From a bacterium (GTDB taxonomy: Bacteria; Krumholzibacteriota; Krumholzibacteriia; G020349025), in the NCBI GenBank assembly GCA_031362565.1, contig JANLSU010000050.1, positions 1 through 64,000 of the forward strand: DNA of 64,000 nt. The letters run 5' to 3'. The translations under genes and the position numbers were made by a program. Positions 36,463 to 47,307 of this stretch are shown here, piece by piece. Position 1 is the stretch's first letter. Each line of letters starts with the position of its first letter. Below the pieces are notes generated by a model. That model worked only from the letters and a program-made list of their open reading frames with translations. It made no database searches and was not told the DNA's origin.

Positions 36463-37755
36463 TCAGAACGACACAGTGCCCTGCGCGTAGAACCAGTACG
36501 AGTTGTCGGCCTTCGTCGAGCCCACCGGCGCCGGGACGGCGTCACCGGGCATGAACGCGCTCACGCCCACGGTCGGCATGAAGCGTTCGCGATAGGCCCA
36601 CGTGCCGTGCACGTCGACTTCGTTGCCGAGGGCGTTGCTGGCCGTTCCGGCCTCCGCCAAACGGAAGTTGTGGAACTCGCCACCCACGGCGAACGAGTTG
36701 TACTCGTTGCTCCACACCGTCGCCTTGGCGTTGACCTTGATATCCTGCAAGCCGCCCGATGCGACGCTCGAGCTGCTCGCCGGTTGCACCACGTCCATGA
36801 GGCCATAGAACGTGTGGTTGTCGCCGAACAGCGTGTTGAACGCCTTCTGCTTGTTGTCGGTGCCGTTGTCGTCGCCCGACAGCAGGTCCACGCCGGCGCC
36901 GAAGCGCACCGGACGTGCCTCGTTGCCCAACGTCACGCCGACCTCGCCGCCCACCATATAGGCGCCGATGTCGTTCTGAGTCGACGGACCGGTGTCCTGC
37001 GAACCCATCTGGTACGCGCCTTCGACGCTGTAGTCGAACTGCGTCGCGGCCTTGCCATGGACGCGGCCACCCAGCGTGAAGGTGTCCATGTTGTCGTCCG
37101 GGGTCACGGCGCCCTTGTCGCGCTCGTTGATCGCGTAGACGTCGACATTGGCGTTGTCGTTGACGCCGAACGTCCCGAACCCAGCCTGCATCGTCGCGTC
37201 GGTCTTGTTCTGGAAGTCCGGCGAGCCGATGGACGGCGTGTCGTTCTCGGCCAAGTTCGCCCACAGCAACTGGCCGTTGAAACGGCCATGGTTCACGGTC
37301 GCCATCGCGCCGTCGAACGACGTGGAGACGTTGTTCCACGCGTCCGGCGCGATCAAGCGCTCGTTGCCGAAGCTGACTTCCATGCGGCCGGCCTTGATGC
37401 CGAAGCCCTGCCACCCCAGGTTGTTCACCTGGAAGAAGCCCTGATGCAGATCGAGGTTACCGTTCTCCTGCACGCCCGGCGTCGTCGACGACGGCACCTG
37501 GCCCTGCACGCGTGAGTCCTGCACCTGCACGAACACACTCATGTCGGCCGCTGGATGCACATTGATCCCGATGCGCGTCCGCATCAGGCTGAAGCTCTTC
37601 ATGTCGGTATTGCTGTTGAAGTCACGATTGTCGTTTTCATTGCGCACCCGAAGCTCGCCGTTGATTTCGAACGGTGTCGCCGTCGGGTCCGCAACTGCGG
37701 CGCCGGCACACGCCAGAACCGCGACGGAAGTCACCAGCATCGACTTGAACTTCAC
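36463..37755 (-). CDS. Alginate-export-family outer-membrane porin
   Basis: GELRVRNE..RTRIG..VFVQVQDSR..GRMEVSFGNERLI..LSGDD..FNTLF..H.FYGLMD; terminal F. Confidence 0.85.
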   Translation of the reverse strand: MKFKSMLVTSVAVLACAGAAVADPTATPFEINGELRVRNENDNRDFNSNTDMKSFSLMRTRIGINVHPAADMSVFVQVQDSRVQGQVPSSTTPGVQENGNLDLHQGFFQVNNLGWQGFGIKAGRMEVSFGNERLIAPDAWNNVSTSFDGAMATVNHGRFNGQLLWANLAENDTPSIGSPDFQNKTDATMQAGFGTFGVNDNANVDVYAINERDKGAVTPDDNMDTFTLGGRVHGKAATQFDYSVEGAYQMGSQDTGPSTQNDIGAYMVGGEVGVTLGNEARPVRFGAGVDLLSGDDNGTDNKQKAFNTLFGDNHTFYGLMDVVQPASSSSVASGGLQDIKVNAKATVWSNEYNSFAVGGEFHNFRLAEAGTASNALGNEVDVHGTWAYRERFMPTVGVSAFMPGDAVPAPVGSTKADNSYWFYAQGTVSF

Positions 37756-38607
37756 TGCATTGCCTTTCGGTGAGGTACGACTTCGGCGGCAACCTGCGCG
37801 TCGAAGTGGACCGGTCGGCGCTCCCTTGACCATCGCTCGCGCCCGACGCGATCTTTTGCAAGCGGCACCCAAGGGCCGCTCGCAGTTCACCGAGGCGCGC
37901 CCGCGGCGCTGCCTCGAGAATCCACCGTCACGGAGCCATCGCCCTCACCCCCTCCGCCTCTCGCCACCCCTGGCGACGGTGCGTCGCCGCATGCGGCACG
38001 AACCGTTCGAAGCGGAGCGCATGAAAGCAGTGCGATCGATGAGTGCGCAAACGGATCTGCGCGGCGGAGTGCATTCGGGGCACTCGACTCTGTCTCGACC
38101 GCTTCGCCAGACGGCTCCAGAGCCCGCTTGACGACCTGGGTGCTGGCTGGTTCTTGTCCGGGGCTCGGCAGCAGGTCACCCTGCTTCACGGACGACGGGG
38201 TCGCGAATTCAAGTTCCGCGCACCCTGAACCGCAGCTCGATCAGGGTGGGGAAATGCAAGCGCACGTCCAACGTCGCGTGTGGAACCGGCGCCGGCTTTG
38301 GATGTCGTTGCAGCTTCGACAGCCGCGGCGCCGCGCGGTGCGTGAGGCTGGCGTGTCTGGCCGGTGCAGGCGCGGTACAGCCCGGCCCGGATGCGGGTGT
38401 TAATTTGCCGGACCCCGGCCGACGTTTCACGGCGCCGCGCCGCGCGCCGCATCTCCAGATGCGGTTCCGGCGGAGCAAAGGTGGCGCGCTGCAGCCTCGG
38501 CGGGAGAGGACGCAACTGACCACGGATGGGCCGCACATCATCGTTCGATCGAGATGCATGAAAAATATCCGCCGGGCACTGTCGGGAAGGGCCTGGACGC
38601 CGAAACG

Positions 38608-39879
38608 TCAGTGGCCCCGCACGCCCGGGGCCGGTGTGAGCGCACTCGCTGCGAGCGCGGCGCGCAGATCGCGCAGTATGTCGCCCGGATGTTCGAGTCC
38701 AATCGACAAGCGCACACCGGCGGCCTCGACGGCATCGGGGCAAGCGCTGTGCGTCATCCAACGCGGCATTTCCACCAGCGTCTTCACGTGGCCAAGGCTG
38801 ACGGCGAGCGTCACCGCATAGGCATGCTGCGCCAGGTGATCGACGAAGCGCGCCGCATCGGCGCGGGCCGCGTCGAGTTCGAAGTAGATCATGCTGCCGG
38901 GCGCGAAGCCGCCGTCGGGCGTCCGCAACAGTTTCGCCGCCAGCGCGCGCTGTGGGTAACTTGCAAGCCCGGGATAGCGCACGCAGCGCACCGCCGGTTC
39001 TAACTCGAGTGCGGTGGCGATAGTGAGCGCGCTGGCCTGCTGGCGTTCGAGCCGGATCGCCAGCGTCGGCAGCCCGTGCACGAGCACCGACCAGGCGCTT
39101 TGCGCCGCGAGCACGCCGCCAAAATCCTTGCGGTAGACGCGGACCTCGGGCGCCAGGTCCGCTTTCACGAGCACCGCGCCGCCCAGTTCGGTCCCGAAAC
39201 CGCCGATGTTCTTGGTGAGGCTGTGCACGACGACGTCGGCACCCCAGGCCGCCGGGCGCATGCAATAGGGCGTCGCAAACGTGTTGTCGACGACGATCTT
39301 GGCGTGGCACCCGGACGGATGCGCATCGATGATCGCGCGGATGAGCGGCACATCGAAGATTTCCAGGCTGGGATTGACGATGGTCTCGAAGAACACCACG
39401 CGGGTCGATGGTTCGAGCGCCTCGGCAAGTTCGTGGGGCCGCGACAAGTCCACTTGCGTGACCCGCAGGCCCAAGCGCGGAAACCAGCGGTCGAAGAGCG
39501 ACTGCGTGCACCCATACAATGTGCGGTGCGCGACGATGTGATCGCCGGTGCGCAGCAGGCACCCGAGCGCCGCCGCAATCGCCGCCATTCCGGATGCGAA
39601 GCACACCCCGGCGTCCAGACCCTCGGCATCGGCGAGCGCATCCTCGAGCATGCCGCGCGCGGGCTCGTCGAGCCGGTCATAGATGTAGACGGGCTGTTCG
39701 CTGTCCTGCCCGTATTCCTGGAAGCCGCGCGCGCCGCGGCCGGTCGTTTCGAGCCGGTAGCTGGAGGAAGCCGAGATCGGCGGCACCACGTGGTGCGAGA
39801 AATCCCAGCGTTTGCTACGGGATTCGCCGTGCAGCCAGCGAGTGAGCGGGTGATAGGCCGTTTGCCGAGGCGTCTTCAT
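38608..39879 (-). CDS. PLP-dependent trans-sulfuration enzyme (methionine gamma-lyase/cystathionine gamma-synthase family)
   Basis: FASGMAAI..LYGCT..VDNTFATP..HSLTKNIGG..VRLSIGLE; AGGAGG RBS. Confidence 0.92.
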   Translation of the reverse strand: MKTPRQTAYHPLTRWLHGESRSKRWDFSHHVVPPISASSSYRLETTGRGARGFQEYGQDSEQPVYIYDRLDEPARGMLEDALADAEGLDAGVCFASGMAAIAAALGCLLRTGDHIVAHRTLYGCTQSLFDRWFPRLGLRVTQVDLSRPHELAEALEPSTRVVFFETIVNPSLEIFDVPLIRAIIDAHPSGCHAKIVVDNTFATPYCMRPAAWGADVVVHSLTKNIGGFGTELGGAVLVKADLAPEVRVYRKDFGGVLAAQSAWSVLVHGLPTLAIRLERQQASALTIATALELEPAVRCVRYPGLASYPQRALAAKLLRTPDGGFAPGSMIYFELDAARADAARFVDHLAQHAYAVTLAVSLGHVKTLVEMPRWMTHSACPDAVEAAGVRLSIGLEHPGDILRDLRAALAASALTPAPGVRGH

Positions 39880-39903
39880 GGTGGTTCCTCCTGCAAGACA
39901 CGG

Positions 39904-39920
39904 TGCAACCGGTACGCCGG
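39904..39920 (-). promoter_or_regulatory. Possible sigma54 (-24/-12) promoter
   Basis: Minus strand CCGGCGTACCGGTTGCA (GG-N10-GC) about 25 nt before the ATG. Confidence 0.35.
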
Positions 39921-40188
39921 GAAGCGCCTGGAAACCCGGTGCAGTTCGCCGTGCCGCCGTTGCCCAAGCCGCCGTGACTGCGACCCGGCGCCCCAGCCGC
40001 CGCCCGCACCCCTGCCGCCGCGGCCGCGCGCCTTCCCCCGCGGGATGCCCACAACCAGCTGTCTGGAAGACGTTTAACTGCGCACCGGGAGCTCGCTCGG
40101 GGCCTCTTGAACAATTCAAATGGAACAGCCTGGTGGGGTGGTCCGTACTGGTCGCAGGACACTGAACCGAGGCCAAGGGAGAACGCCG

Positions 40189-41853
40189 ATGCGCCGCTCG
40201 ATCGCGATTGCCGCCGCCGCAGTTTTTTGCGCCGGGTGCCACACGCAGGACGTTGCCCCGCCGGCGCTCGCGCGCCCGATCGAAGCGCTGCCGAGCGGCG
40301 CGCGCGCCGTACTCCTGGCCGCTGATTTGCGCAACACGTGGCAGCGTGTCGAAGCGCACGACCTGCGGTCGATTCTCAGCGAGTTGCCGGGGTCCGCGCC
40401 ACTCCTGCGCGACTCGACGCTCATCAAGCTCGAAGCGGCGTGCAGCGAGTTCGAACGGCGCACCGGTACGCGCCTCCACGAGGACGTGGTGCTGAACTTG
40501 GTGGGCGGCCGTGCCGGGGTCGGACTCTATGGCCATCGCAACGATGCCAACGATATTGCGCTGGTCGGAGAACTGCGCGATCCGGCGCGCTTTCGTGCCG
40601 GCATCGAGGCGTTGAGCCGCGAACCACTCGAGTCGATTCGCGTCGAAGCAGCGACGTTCGAAGGGCTCGCCGGTTGGCGCGTGAGCGGCGACCGCGGCAC
40701 TTCGGTCTTGGTGGTCGAGCGCGATGGATTCGTAGCCCTGGCGACGCGCGACGAATTGGTGCACGCCGCGCTCGAACTGCGCGGCGGTGCCGGCAATGGC
40801 AATGCCTCGGCGCTCGCCGACACCGCGATCGCTGCCGGACTGCGGGCGATTGGCCCCCACAACATCATCGGGGTCGCGGCGCACAACGGCGGCTGGATGG
40901 CGCAGGCATTCACGTGGGATGGCACCGGCCTGCATTTCGATCACGCCTCATCGGCGCCCGCCGCACCGGCGCCGGCGCTCGCGAGTGAATCGCGCCGCGC
41001 CGAGATTTTGAGGTCGATTCCCGATGGCATGACGTTCGCAGCCTATGCGCGCACCCCCGATCTCGATTTGGGCGGAGCGCTGGGCTCGGCGCTCCGCACC
41101 GGCATCGGCACACCCACATTCCGTTCAATCTCGACTCAGGACAATTCGGTCTCGACCCAAGAGAATTCGATCGCCACCCAAGGCAATTCCGTCGCCACTC
41201 AGCCCGGCGTTTGGGTACCGCCCTTTTTGCCCGGAGAAATGCGCGATTGGATGGGCGATGAGATCGGGATCGCGGTGCGCGGTGTCGAGCCGACGCAACT
41301 TGCACCGGTGCCGGACATGGCACTCGTGTTCGAAGTGCGCGACGCCGCCGCGGCAACCGCGGGCTTGCGCGAACTCGAGGGACGGCTCGCCTCGATGCCG
41401 CTCGGTCCGGCCGCGGCCGGGTTCACCGACATCACGTATGGCGGCCGCACGTTCCGCAGCTTCGCGCAGCCGTTCGCCGAGCGCATCAGTCCAAGTTGGA
41501 TCGTCGATGGCGACGTGGCGATCTTGACCTCGACGCGGACTCTCATGCAGCAGATCATCGACACGCGCCGCACCGGCCGGCGCAATGTGCAGAGTGATGG
41601 CGCCTTCCGCGGTTTCAAAGCCTTCGTGCCCGATGCTGCGAGCGCCATCGTCTATGCCGACGATCGCCGCCTGCATCACGTGGTGCAACAACTCGACGAC
41701 TCCGCGGCACTCTGGGGCCCGCACGTCGCCCGCGGCATTCAAGAAGTCGAGCGTTGGTCAGGCCTGCTCGAACACTTTCCGTCCGGCGCCGCCTACGTGA
41801 TCCGCGACGGCAAGACGCTCGCAGTCCGTGGCTGGATGACGGAGTCGGACTAA
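40189..41853 (+). CDS. DUF3352-like lipoprotein
   Basis: Lipobox FCAGC; WMGDEIGIAV; internal heptapeptide repeat. Confidence 0.65.
   Translation: MRRSIAIAAAAVFCAGCHTQDVAPPALARPIEALPSGARAVLLAADLRNTWQRVEAHDLRSILSELPGSAPLLRDSTLIKLEAACSEFERRTGTRLHEDVVLNLVGGRAGVGLYGHRNDANDIALVGELRDPARFRAGIEALSREPLESIRVEAATFEGLAGWRVSGDRGTSVLVVERDGFVALATRDELVHAALELRGGAGNGNASALADTAIAAGLRAIGPHNIIGVAAHNGGWMAQAFTWDGTGLHFDHASSAPAAPAPALASESRRAEILRSIPDGMTFAAYARTPDLDLGGALGSALRTGIGTPTFRSISTQDNSVSTQENSIATQGNSVATQPGVWVPPFLPGEMRDWMGDEIGIAVRGVEPTQLAPVPDMALVFEVRDAAAATAGLRELEGRLASMPLGPAAAGFTDITYGGRTFRSFAQPFAERISPSWIVDGDVAILTSTRTLMQQIIDTRRTGRRNVQSDGAFRGFKAFVPDAASAIVYADDRRLHHVVQQLDDSAALWGPHVARGIQEVERWSGLLEHFPSGAAYVIRDGKTLAVRGWMTESD
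41125..41202 (+). repeat. Degenerate 21-bp tandem repeat (about 3.7 copies)
   Basis: Encodes SISTQDN-SVSTQEN-SIATQGN-SVATQ. Confidence 0.8.
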
Positions 41854-41887
41854 GGCGCCGCGGGTTCTCGAGGTGCCACAGTGCTCT

Positions 41888-43525
41888 CTAGCGCGCCGCT
41901 GAGGCGCCGATGCGCTCCAGCAGGTTTCGACAATTGCGGATTTCAGCCTCGCGAGTTGCGGCGTCCCAGCCGAGCTCGCGGCTGAAGATGGCCGCGATGA
42001 TCTCGAGGTCGGCAATGCCGTTGCCGGGTTCGAATGCCGTGCCCGAGCGGCGCAGGAACCAATCCTCGAGACGCAGCGCGAACTCGTGGCGGACGGCGTA
42101 GGCCACCTCGGCCGGATGAAAGCGGACAGGCGTTTCGGGCCCGGTCGCCGGCGCGGCGGGTGCCGCGGCTGCCAACGCCGCGATGGCTGCGGCGCGCGTG
42201 CCGTAGAGCGTCAACCACCGCGCCGCCATCGCGGTCTCGACGCGGGCGTAGGCGGCGAGTTCGGCGGCTTTCGCCTGGAACTGTGCACCGCGTTGCCAGT
42301 GTTCCTCGGGTGACCATGCGAAGTCGCCGCCGGGCAATGGCGTGGTGCGCGTGCGGCACGCGGCGCGGCGGCCGAGGGATGGTTCGATGCGATCGACGAC
42401 CGACTCGGCGACGGCGCGATACGTCGTGTACTTGCCGCCGACGACGGCGAAGAGTCCGGGCACCGGTTGCAGGATGGCATGCTCGCGGCGGCGGGCCGAG
42501 GCGTCACCAGTGGCGCGCAGGAGCGGCCGCAAGCCGGCGAATGCCGCCACGACGTCGTGCCGCAACAATCCTGCCGCCGGGAAGAAACGGTTCGCTTCGG
42601 CGAGCAGATATTCGATCTCGGCTTCCGTCGGTTCGACGGCTTCGGGAAGCCCCGCGTCCTCGACGTCGGTCGTGCCGACCAGTGTTCCCTCGCCCCAAGG
42701 CAGGGCGAAGAACACCCGGCCGTCGCGCTCGGCGGCGAGCGTGAAGGCGCGCTCGCCAAGCCGCCGTACGACAATGTGGGTGCCGCGCGTCGGCGCGACC
42801 GCCGGCTGCGTGCCGGGAATCGCCGCCAGGAGCGCATTGGTCCACACGCCGGTGCAGGCGACGACGCAACGGGCGTTCCACGTGGCGCGGTCCCCGGACA
42901 CGGAGTCGTGGATTTCGACGCCACGCGCGCCGGCGCCCGCCCCACTGCCGTCGAGATCGATCCGCGTCACTGTCGCGCGGCTCAGCACGACCGCACCGGC
43001 TTCGCGCGCCGCGACGACATTCGCCAGCACGAGCCGCGCATCGTTCATCGCCGCGTCGTAGTACAGCGCCGCGCCCCGCAAGCCGTCGCGCCGCAGGTTC
43101 TCGCTCCACGCCTCCGGATGGCGCATTGACAGGACGCGATGCCGGCGCACATTGCGAAATGCCGCCAGCAGATCGTAGAGCCACATGCCGGCCCGCAACC
43201 GCCACAGACCGACACGGCCACCGGCGTACACCGGAAAGACGAAGGGCAACGGGCGCACGAGATGCGGGGCGAGCTGCAGCAGGCGGCGGCGCTCGTGACA
43301 CGCCTCCCACACCAAGCGGATCGCCCCGTGCTCCAGGTAGCGAATGCCGCCATGCACGAGTTTGGATGTCCGCGAACTCGATCCAGATCCGAAATCGTAT
43401 TGCTCGACGAGGGCGACGCGAAAACCGCGCAGGGCGGCGTCACGTGCGACTCCGGCGCCATTGATACCGCCGCCGATGATCACCAGATCGAAGTCGCGCG
43501 GCAGGTCTGCAAGCCGCTCATGCAT
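41888..43525 (-). CDS. glpD: FAD-dependent glycerol-3-phosphate dehydrogenase
   Basis: IIGGGINGAGVARDAALRG..SSRTSKLVHGGIRYLE..GGKYTTYR. Confidence 0.93.
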   Translation of the reverse strand: MHERLADLPRDFDLVIIGGGINGAGVARDAALRGFRVALVEQYDFGSGSSSRTSKLVHGGIRYLEHGAIRLVWEACHERRRLLQLAPHLVRPLPFVFPVYAGGRVGLWRLRAGMWLYDLLAAFRNVRRHRVLSMRHPEAWSENLRRDGLRGAALYYDAAMNDARLVLANVVAAREAGAVVLSRATVTRIDLDGSGAGAGARGVEIHDSVSGDRATWNARCVVACTGVWTNALLAAIPGTQPAVAPTRGTHIVVRRLGERAFTLAAERDGRVFFALPWGEGTLVGTTDVEDAGLPEAVEPTEAEIEYLLAEANRFFPAAGLLRHDVVAAFAGLRPLLRATGDASARRREHAILQPVPGLFAVVGGKYTTYRAVAESVVDRIEPSLGRRAACRTRTTPLPGGDFAWSPEEHWQRGAQFQAKAAELAAYARVETAMAARWLTLYGTRAAAIAALAAAAPAAPATGPETPVRFHPAEVAYAVRHEFALRLEDWFLRRSGTAFEPGNGIADLEIIAAIFSRELGWDAATREAEIRNCRNLLERIGASAAR

Positions 43526-45002
43526 CGGCCACGCGCCGCACTGCCGCCTGCCACGCACCCAAGAGCGCCTGGCGCCGGCCGGCCTCGATCCCGGGTTCGA
43601 AGCGGCGTGCGGTGCGCCGCGCCCGGCCGAGTTCCGCCGCATCGGTCCAGAACCGCGCCCCGAAACCGGCTAAGAAGGCGGCGCCGAGCGCCGTTGTTTC
43701 GATCTGTTCCGGGCGATCGACCACGAGGCCCAACACATCGGCTTGGAACTGCATCAAGAAGTTGTTCTGTGAGGCGCCACCATCGACCCGCAGCGGTCCG
43801 AATGCGGCCGCGGCATCCGCGGCGCGCACGTCGGCTTGCATGGCGTTGCACACATCCCACGTCTGATACGCCATCGCTTCGAGTGCGGCCCGGCAAACGT
43901 GCGCGCGCGTCGAACCACGCGTCAGCCCGAAGAGCGCACCGCGCGCATTCTGCACCCAGTGTGGTGCTCCCAAGCCGGTAAAAGCCGGCACCAACACGAC
44001 GCCGCCGCTGTCCTCGACGGTTTGTGCCAAGTGTTCGCATTCCTGTGCGTCGGCGATCAATCCGAGTCCGTCGCGCAACCACTGCACGGCGGCACCGGCG
44101 GTGAACACCGCGCCCTCTAGTGCATAGGCCGGTTCGCCGCCCGCGCCGCACGCCAGCGTCGTCAACAGGCCATGGCGCGATTCGAGCGCCCGGCCGCCGG
44201 TATTCAGCATCAAGAAACAGCCCGTGCCGTAGGTGTTCTTCCAATCGCCCGGCGCGACGCATTGCTGTCCGAAGAGCGCCGCTTGCTGGTCGCCTGCCAC
44301 ACCCAGGATCGGCAGTCCATCCGGCAGCGGATCCACGCCCCGCACGCTGCCGTAGTCCGCCACCGAAGGCCGCACGTCCGGCAACCAGGCGCGCGGCACG
44401 CCGAATGCCTGCAGCAATTCGTCGCTCCAACGCCGCTCGTGAATATCGAAGAGCAGGGTGCGTGAAGCATTTGTGAAGTCGGTGGCGTGTTGCGTTCCGC
44501 CGGTGAAACACCACAGGAGCCACGTGTCGACCGTACCGCACGCGAGTCCGGCGGGATCCAGCCCTTGATCGAGCCACCAGCGCAACTTGCTGGCCGAGAA
44601 ATAGGCGTCGAGGACCAAACCGGTGCGGCGCCGCACTTCGGGTTCGAGGCCCGCACTTCGCCAGGCGTCACATTGTGCGGCCGTGCGCCGGTCCTGCCAC
44701 ACCAGAGCCCGCGCCGCGGGTGTGCCGGTGGCGCGATTCCAAACGACGGTCGTCTCACGCTGATTGGTGATGCCAAGCGCGACCGCGGCGCGTGGATCGA
44801 GCCCCAGATAGAGTTCGGCGAGAACCTGGCGCGTCGCGGCCCAGATCTCGAGCGCGTCGTGCTCGACCCAGCCCGGTTGTGGGAAGTACTGCGGAAATTC
44901 GCGCCAGGCACGCGCCAGAGTGCGGCCATCGTGTGCGACCGCAAGCGCCGTCACGCCGGTCGTGCCGGCATCGAGACCGACGATGTGCGGAGTCTTTTCC
45001 AC
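43518..45002 (-). CDS. glpK: Glycerol kinase
   Basis: LDAGTT..PGWVEHDA..GITNQRET..WQDRRT..GDQQAALFGQ..KNTYGTG. Confidence 0.96.
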   Translation of the reverse strand: MEKTPHIVGLDAGTTGVTALAVAHDGRTLARAWREFPQYFPQPGWVEHDALEIWAATRQVLAELYLGLDPRAAVALGITNQRETTVVWNRATGTPAARALVWQDRRTAAQCDAWRSAGLEPEVRRRTGLVLDAYFSASKLRWWLDQGLDPAGLACGTVDTWLLWCFTGGTQHATDFTNASRTLLFDIHERRWSDELLQAFGVPRAWLPDVRPSVADYGSVRGVDPLPDGLPILGVAGDQQAALFGQQCVAPGDWKNTYGTGCFLMLNTGGRALESRHGLLTTLACGAGGEPAYALEGAVFTAGAAVQWLRDGLGLIADAQECEHLAQTVEDSGGVVLVPAFTGLGAPHWVQNARGALFGLTRGSTRAHVCRAALEAMAYQTWDVCNAMQADVRAADAAAAFGPLRVDGGASQNNFLMQFQADVLGLVVDRPEQIETTALGAAFLAGFGARFWTDAAELGRARRTARRFEPGIEAGRRQALLGAWQAAVRRVADA

Positions 45003-45150
45003 GCGCCACCTCTTGGTTGCCACCTTAGCGGCGCCACCGAGCGCTCGCAAGCACGGGCCGTGCGTTGCTGCCGAAGCGCGCCGATGGTACGCTGCCAGGC
45101 CGGAGCGCGACCCCCACGCTTCGCGCCGCATGGTCCGGAGGTCGTCGTCG

Positions 45151-47307
45151 ATGTTCGACGCAAAGGTTCCATTGGGCGCGATCGGCGCGGCACTCGGCCG
45201 CGCATGGCGGCGGCGGTCCGGCAAACTGATGGCCGTGTGCCTCGTGTTGGCGGTCTGGCGGCCGTTTTTCGCCGCCATTCCAGCCGTGTTCTACGGCATC
45301 CCAGCCGTCCGCGCCCTCATGCGGCGGCTGCTCTATTCGGTACGCGCCAAGCTCGCGGCATTCTATGTCTACGCCGCCGTGCTGCCCATTCTCATCGTCG
45401 CCACCGTGTTGTTGTTCGCGGCATACATCGTTTTCGGCCAAACCAGCGCGCGTGTCGTGCAAGACCGCCTCGAACGGCACGTCGAGTGGGGCGAGGACAG
45501 TGTGCAACGCGCCGACCATGCCTACTGGCAAGCCCGCTCGCGCGGTTTGCCCCTTGCCCAAGCCGCACAAGCGGCGCTCGACGCCGGCTGGGGCGACGCG
45601 CCGCCGCAACTCACAGCTTGGGTTCGGACCGGCACGACCGTACTGGCGGTGCGTGGACAGCCGGGTCCCGGCGACATGAACGTGCCGGCGTGGCTCGACA
45701 CTCTGCGGTTGCCGTTCGTAGGACTGACTGCCGTCGACTCGACGCATCTCGATTTGCGGACGCGTTTGCAAGTTCGGGATGGCGGCGCCATTCTCGAGAT
45801 CGGCAGTACGCTGCCGATCGGCAGTGCGCTGCTGAACCGCGCCTTGCCGGGCCGTCACGCCGCTTTCCGCGGCGGAGTCGGCGCTCCGGAGCGCAGTCTC
45901 TACGAATTCGAATCGGTCGCCGACTCGGCCGTCCTGCGCGAGGGTGTCGTGGCGTTTTTTCGCGGCTCCGGTGATATCGGCAACGGGCCGGCTCATTTGC
46001 ACTTCGACGATCCGGCCTGGCGGCGCGCCGCCCGGGACTCGCTGCGAAACATGACGTTTTCCTTCCGCGCCGCGATCGACAACGATGTTCCGATGCGTGC
46101 CGGTGCGGATTCACTGCCGGCGAATGCCACGGCTCTCGCGCCGTCCGGCCTGCGGTCGCGTTGGGGCCTGTTCAATTGGACGTACATCGCCAACCCGGTC
46201 GACTGGCAGACCGGGCGGCCGCAATCCGTCGGCCCGCCGATCGCCATTCTCTTCACGATCGAAGGCACGGCGCGGGCGTTGCTCGCCACCGGCTGGGCCG
46301 GCATCGAGAACTACGTCTTGATCGGCGTGCTCGTCGTGATCGTGTTCTTCATCTTGGTGCAAATGGTGGCGACTCTGCAGGGTTTCGTGTACGCCCGCGC
46401 CATAGCCAATTCGGTGTCACGGCTCGACGATGGCGTCCGCGCAATTCGCGCCGGCGACTTTGGCCAGCGCATCCAGCCGCACGAACGCGACCAGTTGGGC
46501 GGGCTGGCCATGGCGTTCAACGACATGTCCGAACGCCTGCAATCGCTGCTCGAGGAACGCGTCCATCACGAAGCTGTCGAACGCGAGCTGGCCATCGCGC
46601 GCGACGTGCAGGCGCGCCTTTTTCCGGCTCGCATGCCCTACGCGCCGTTCCTGGAGGCCGTCGGCATGTGCATGCCGGCGCGTGTCGTGAGCGGCGACTC
46701 CTACGATTTCGTCGAAGTTCCGGGGGGCTGGGATTCATTCGTGGCCGACGTGAGCGGCAAAGGGATGTCCGCCGCGCTGCTCATGGCGAGTCTGCATTCC
46801 GCCTTGCATGGCGCCTACATCGGCCAGCCGCGCGGCTACGCACCGGATCCCGCCGACGTGGTGACGCGTCTCAACCAACACTTGCACCAATACGCGGAGC
46901 CGTCGCGGTTCGTGACGCTGTTCATGGCGCGCTATTGCGGCGACGGCAAGCTGATCTACTGTAATGCGGGACACAACCCGGCGGCGCTGGTGCGCGATGG
47001 CCGGGTGCAATGGTTGCAATCGGGCGGGCTCATGTTGGGGCCGTTTCCCGATTTGCAATACACGAACACCGTGGTTGCCGTGCAGCCGGGTGACGTGTTG
47101 TGCATGTATACCGACGGCGTCACCGAAGCGGAATCGCCGACCGGTGAACAGTTCGGCGACGAACGCCTGGCGCGGACGTTGCGCAAGGCCGCCGGGGCGC
47201 ATCCGCGCGATGTCGCCGCGGCGCTGCAAGACGCAGTGCAGGATTGGCGGGCCGGCGGCGAACCTTTGGACGACGTGACGATCGTCGTACTGCGCATCAT
47301 GGCTTGA
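45151..47307 (+). CDS. Membrane HAMP + PP2C (SpoIIE/RsbU-like) phosphatase
   Basis: TM helices, HAMP, VSGDSYDF..ADVSGKG..NAGH..YTDGVTEA..DDVT; GGAGG RBS. Confidence 0.9.
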   Translation: MFDAKVPLGAIGAALGRAWRRRSGKLMAVCLVLAVWRPFFAAIPAVFYGIPAVRALMRRLLYSVRAKLAAFYVYAAVLPILIVATVLLFAAYIVFGQTSARVVQDRLERHVEWGEDSVQRADHAYWQARSRGLPLAQAAQAALDAGWGDAPPQLTAWVRTGTTVLAVRGQPGPGDMNVPAWLDTLRLPFVGLTAVDSTHLDLRTRLQVRDGGAILEIGSTLPIGSALLNRALPGRHAAFRGGVGAPERSLYEFESVADSAVLREGVVAFFRGSGDIGNGPAHLHFDDPAWRRAARDSLRNMTFSFRAAIDNDVPMRAGADSLPANATALAPSGLRSRWGLFNWTYIANPVDWQTGRPQSVGPPIAILFTIEGTARALLATGWAGIENYVLIGVLVVIVFFILVQMVATLQGFVYARAIANSVSRLDDGVRAIRAGDFGQRIQPHERDQLGGLAMAFNDMSERLQSLLEERVHHEAVERELAIARDVQARLFPARMPYAPFLEAVGMCMPARVVSGDSYDFVEVPGGWDSFVADVSGKGMSAALLMASLHSALHGAYIGQPRGYAPDPADVVTRLNQHLHQYAEPSRFVTLFMARYCGDGKLIYCNAGHNPAALVRDGRVQWLQSGGLMLGPFPDLQYTNTVVAVQPGDVLCMYTDGVTEAESPTGEQFGDERLARTLRKAAGAHPRDVAAALQDAVQDWRAGGEPLDDVTIVVLRIMA

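Noticed and set aside
39880..40130. SAM riboswitch upstream of the trans-sulfuration gene
   Set aside because: No recognisable SAM-I core motifs by eye; an Rfam scan would be needed to exclude other classes.
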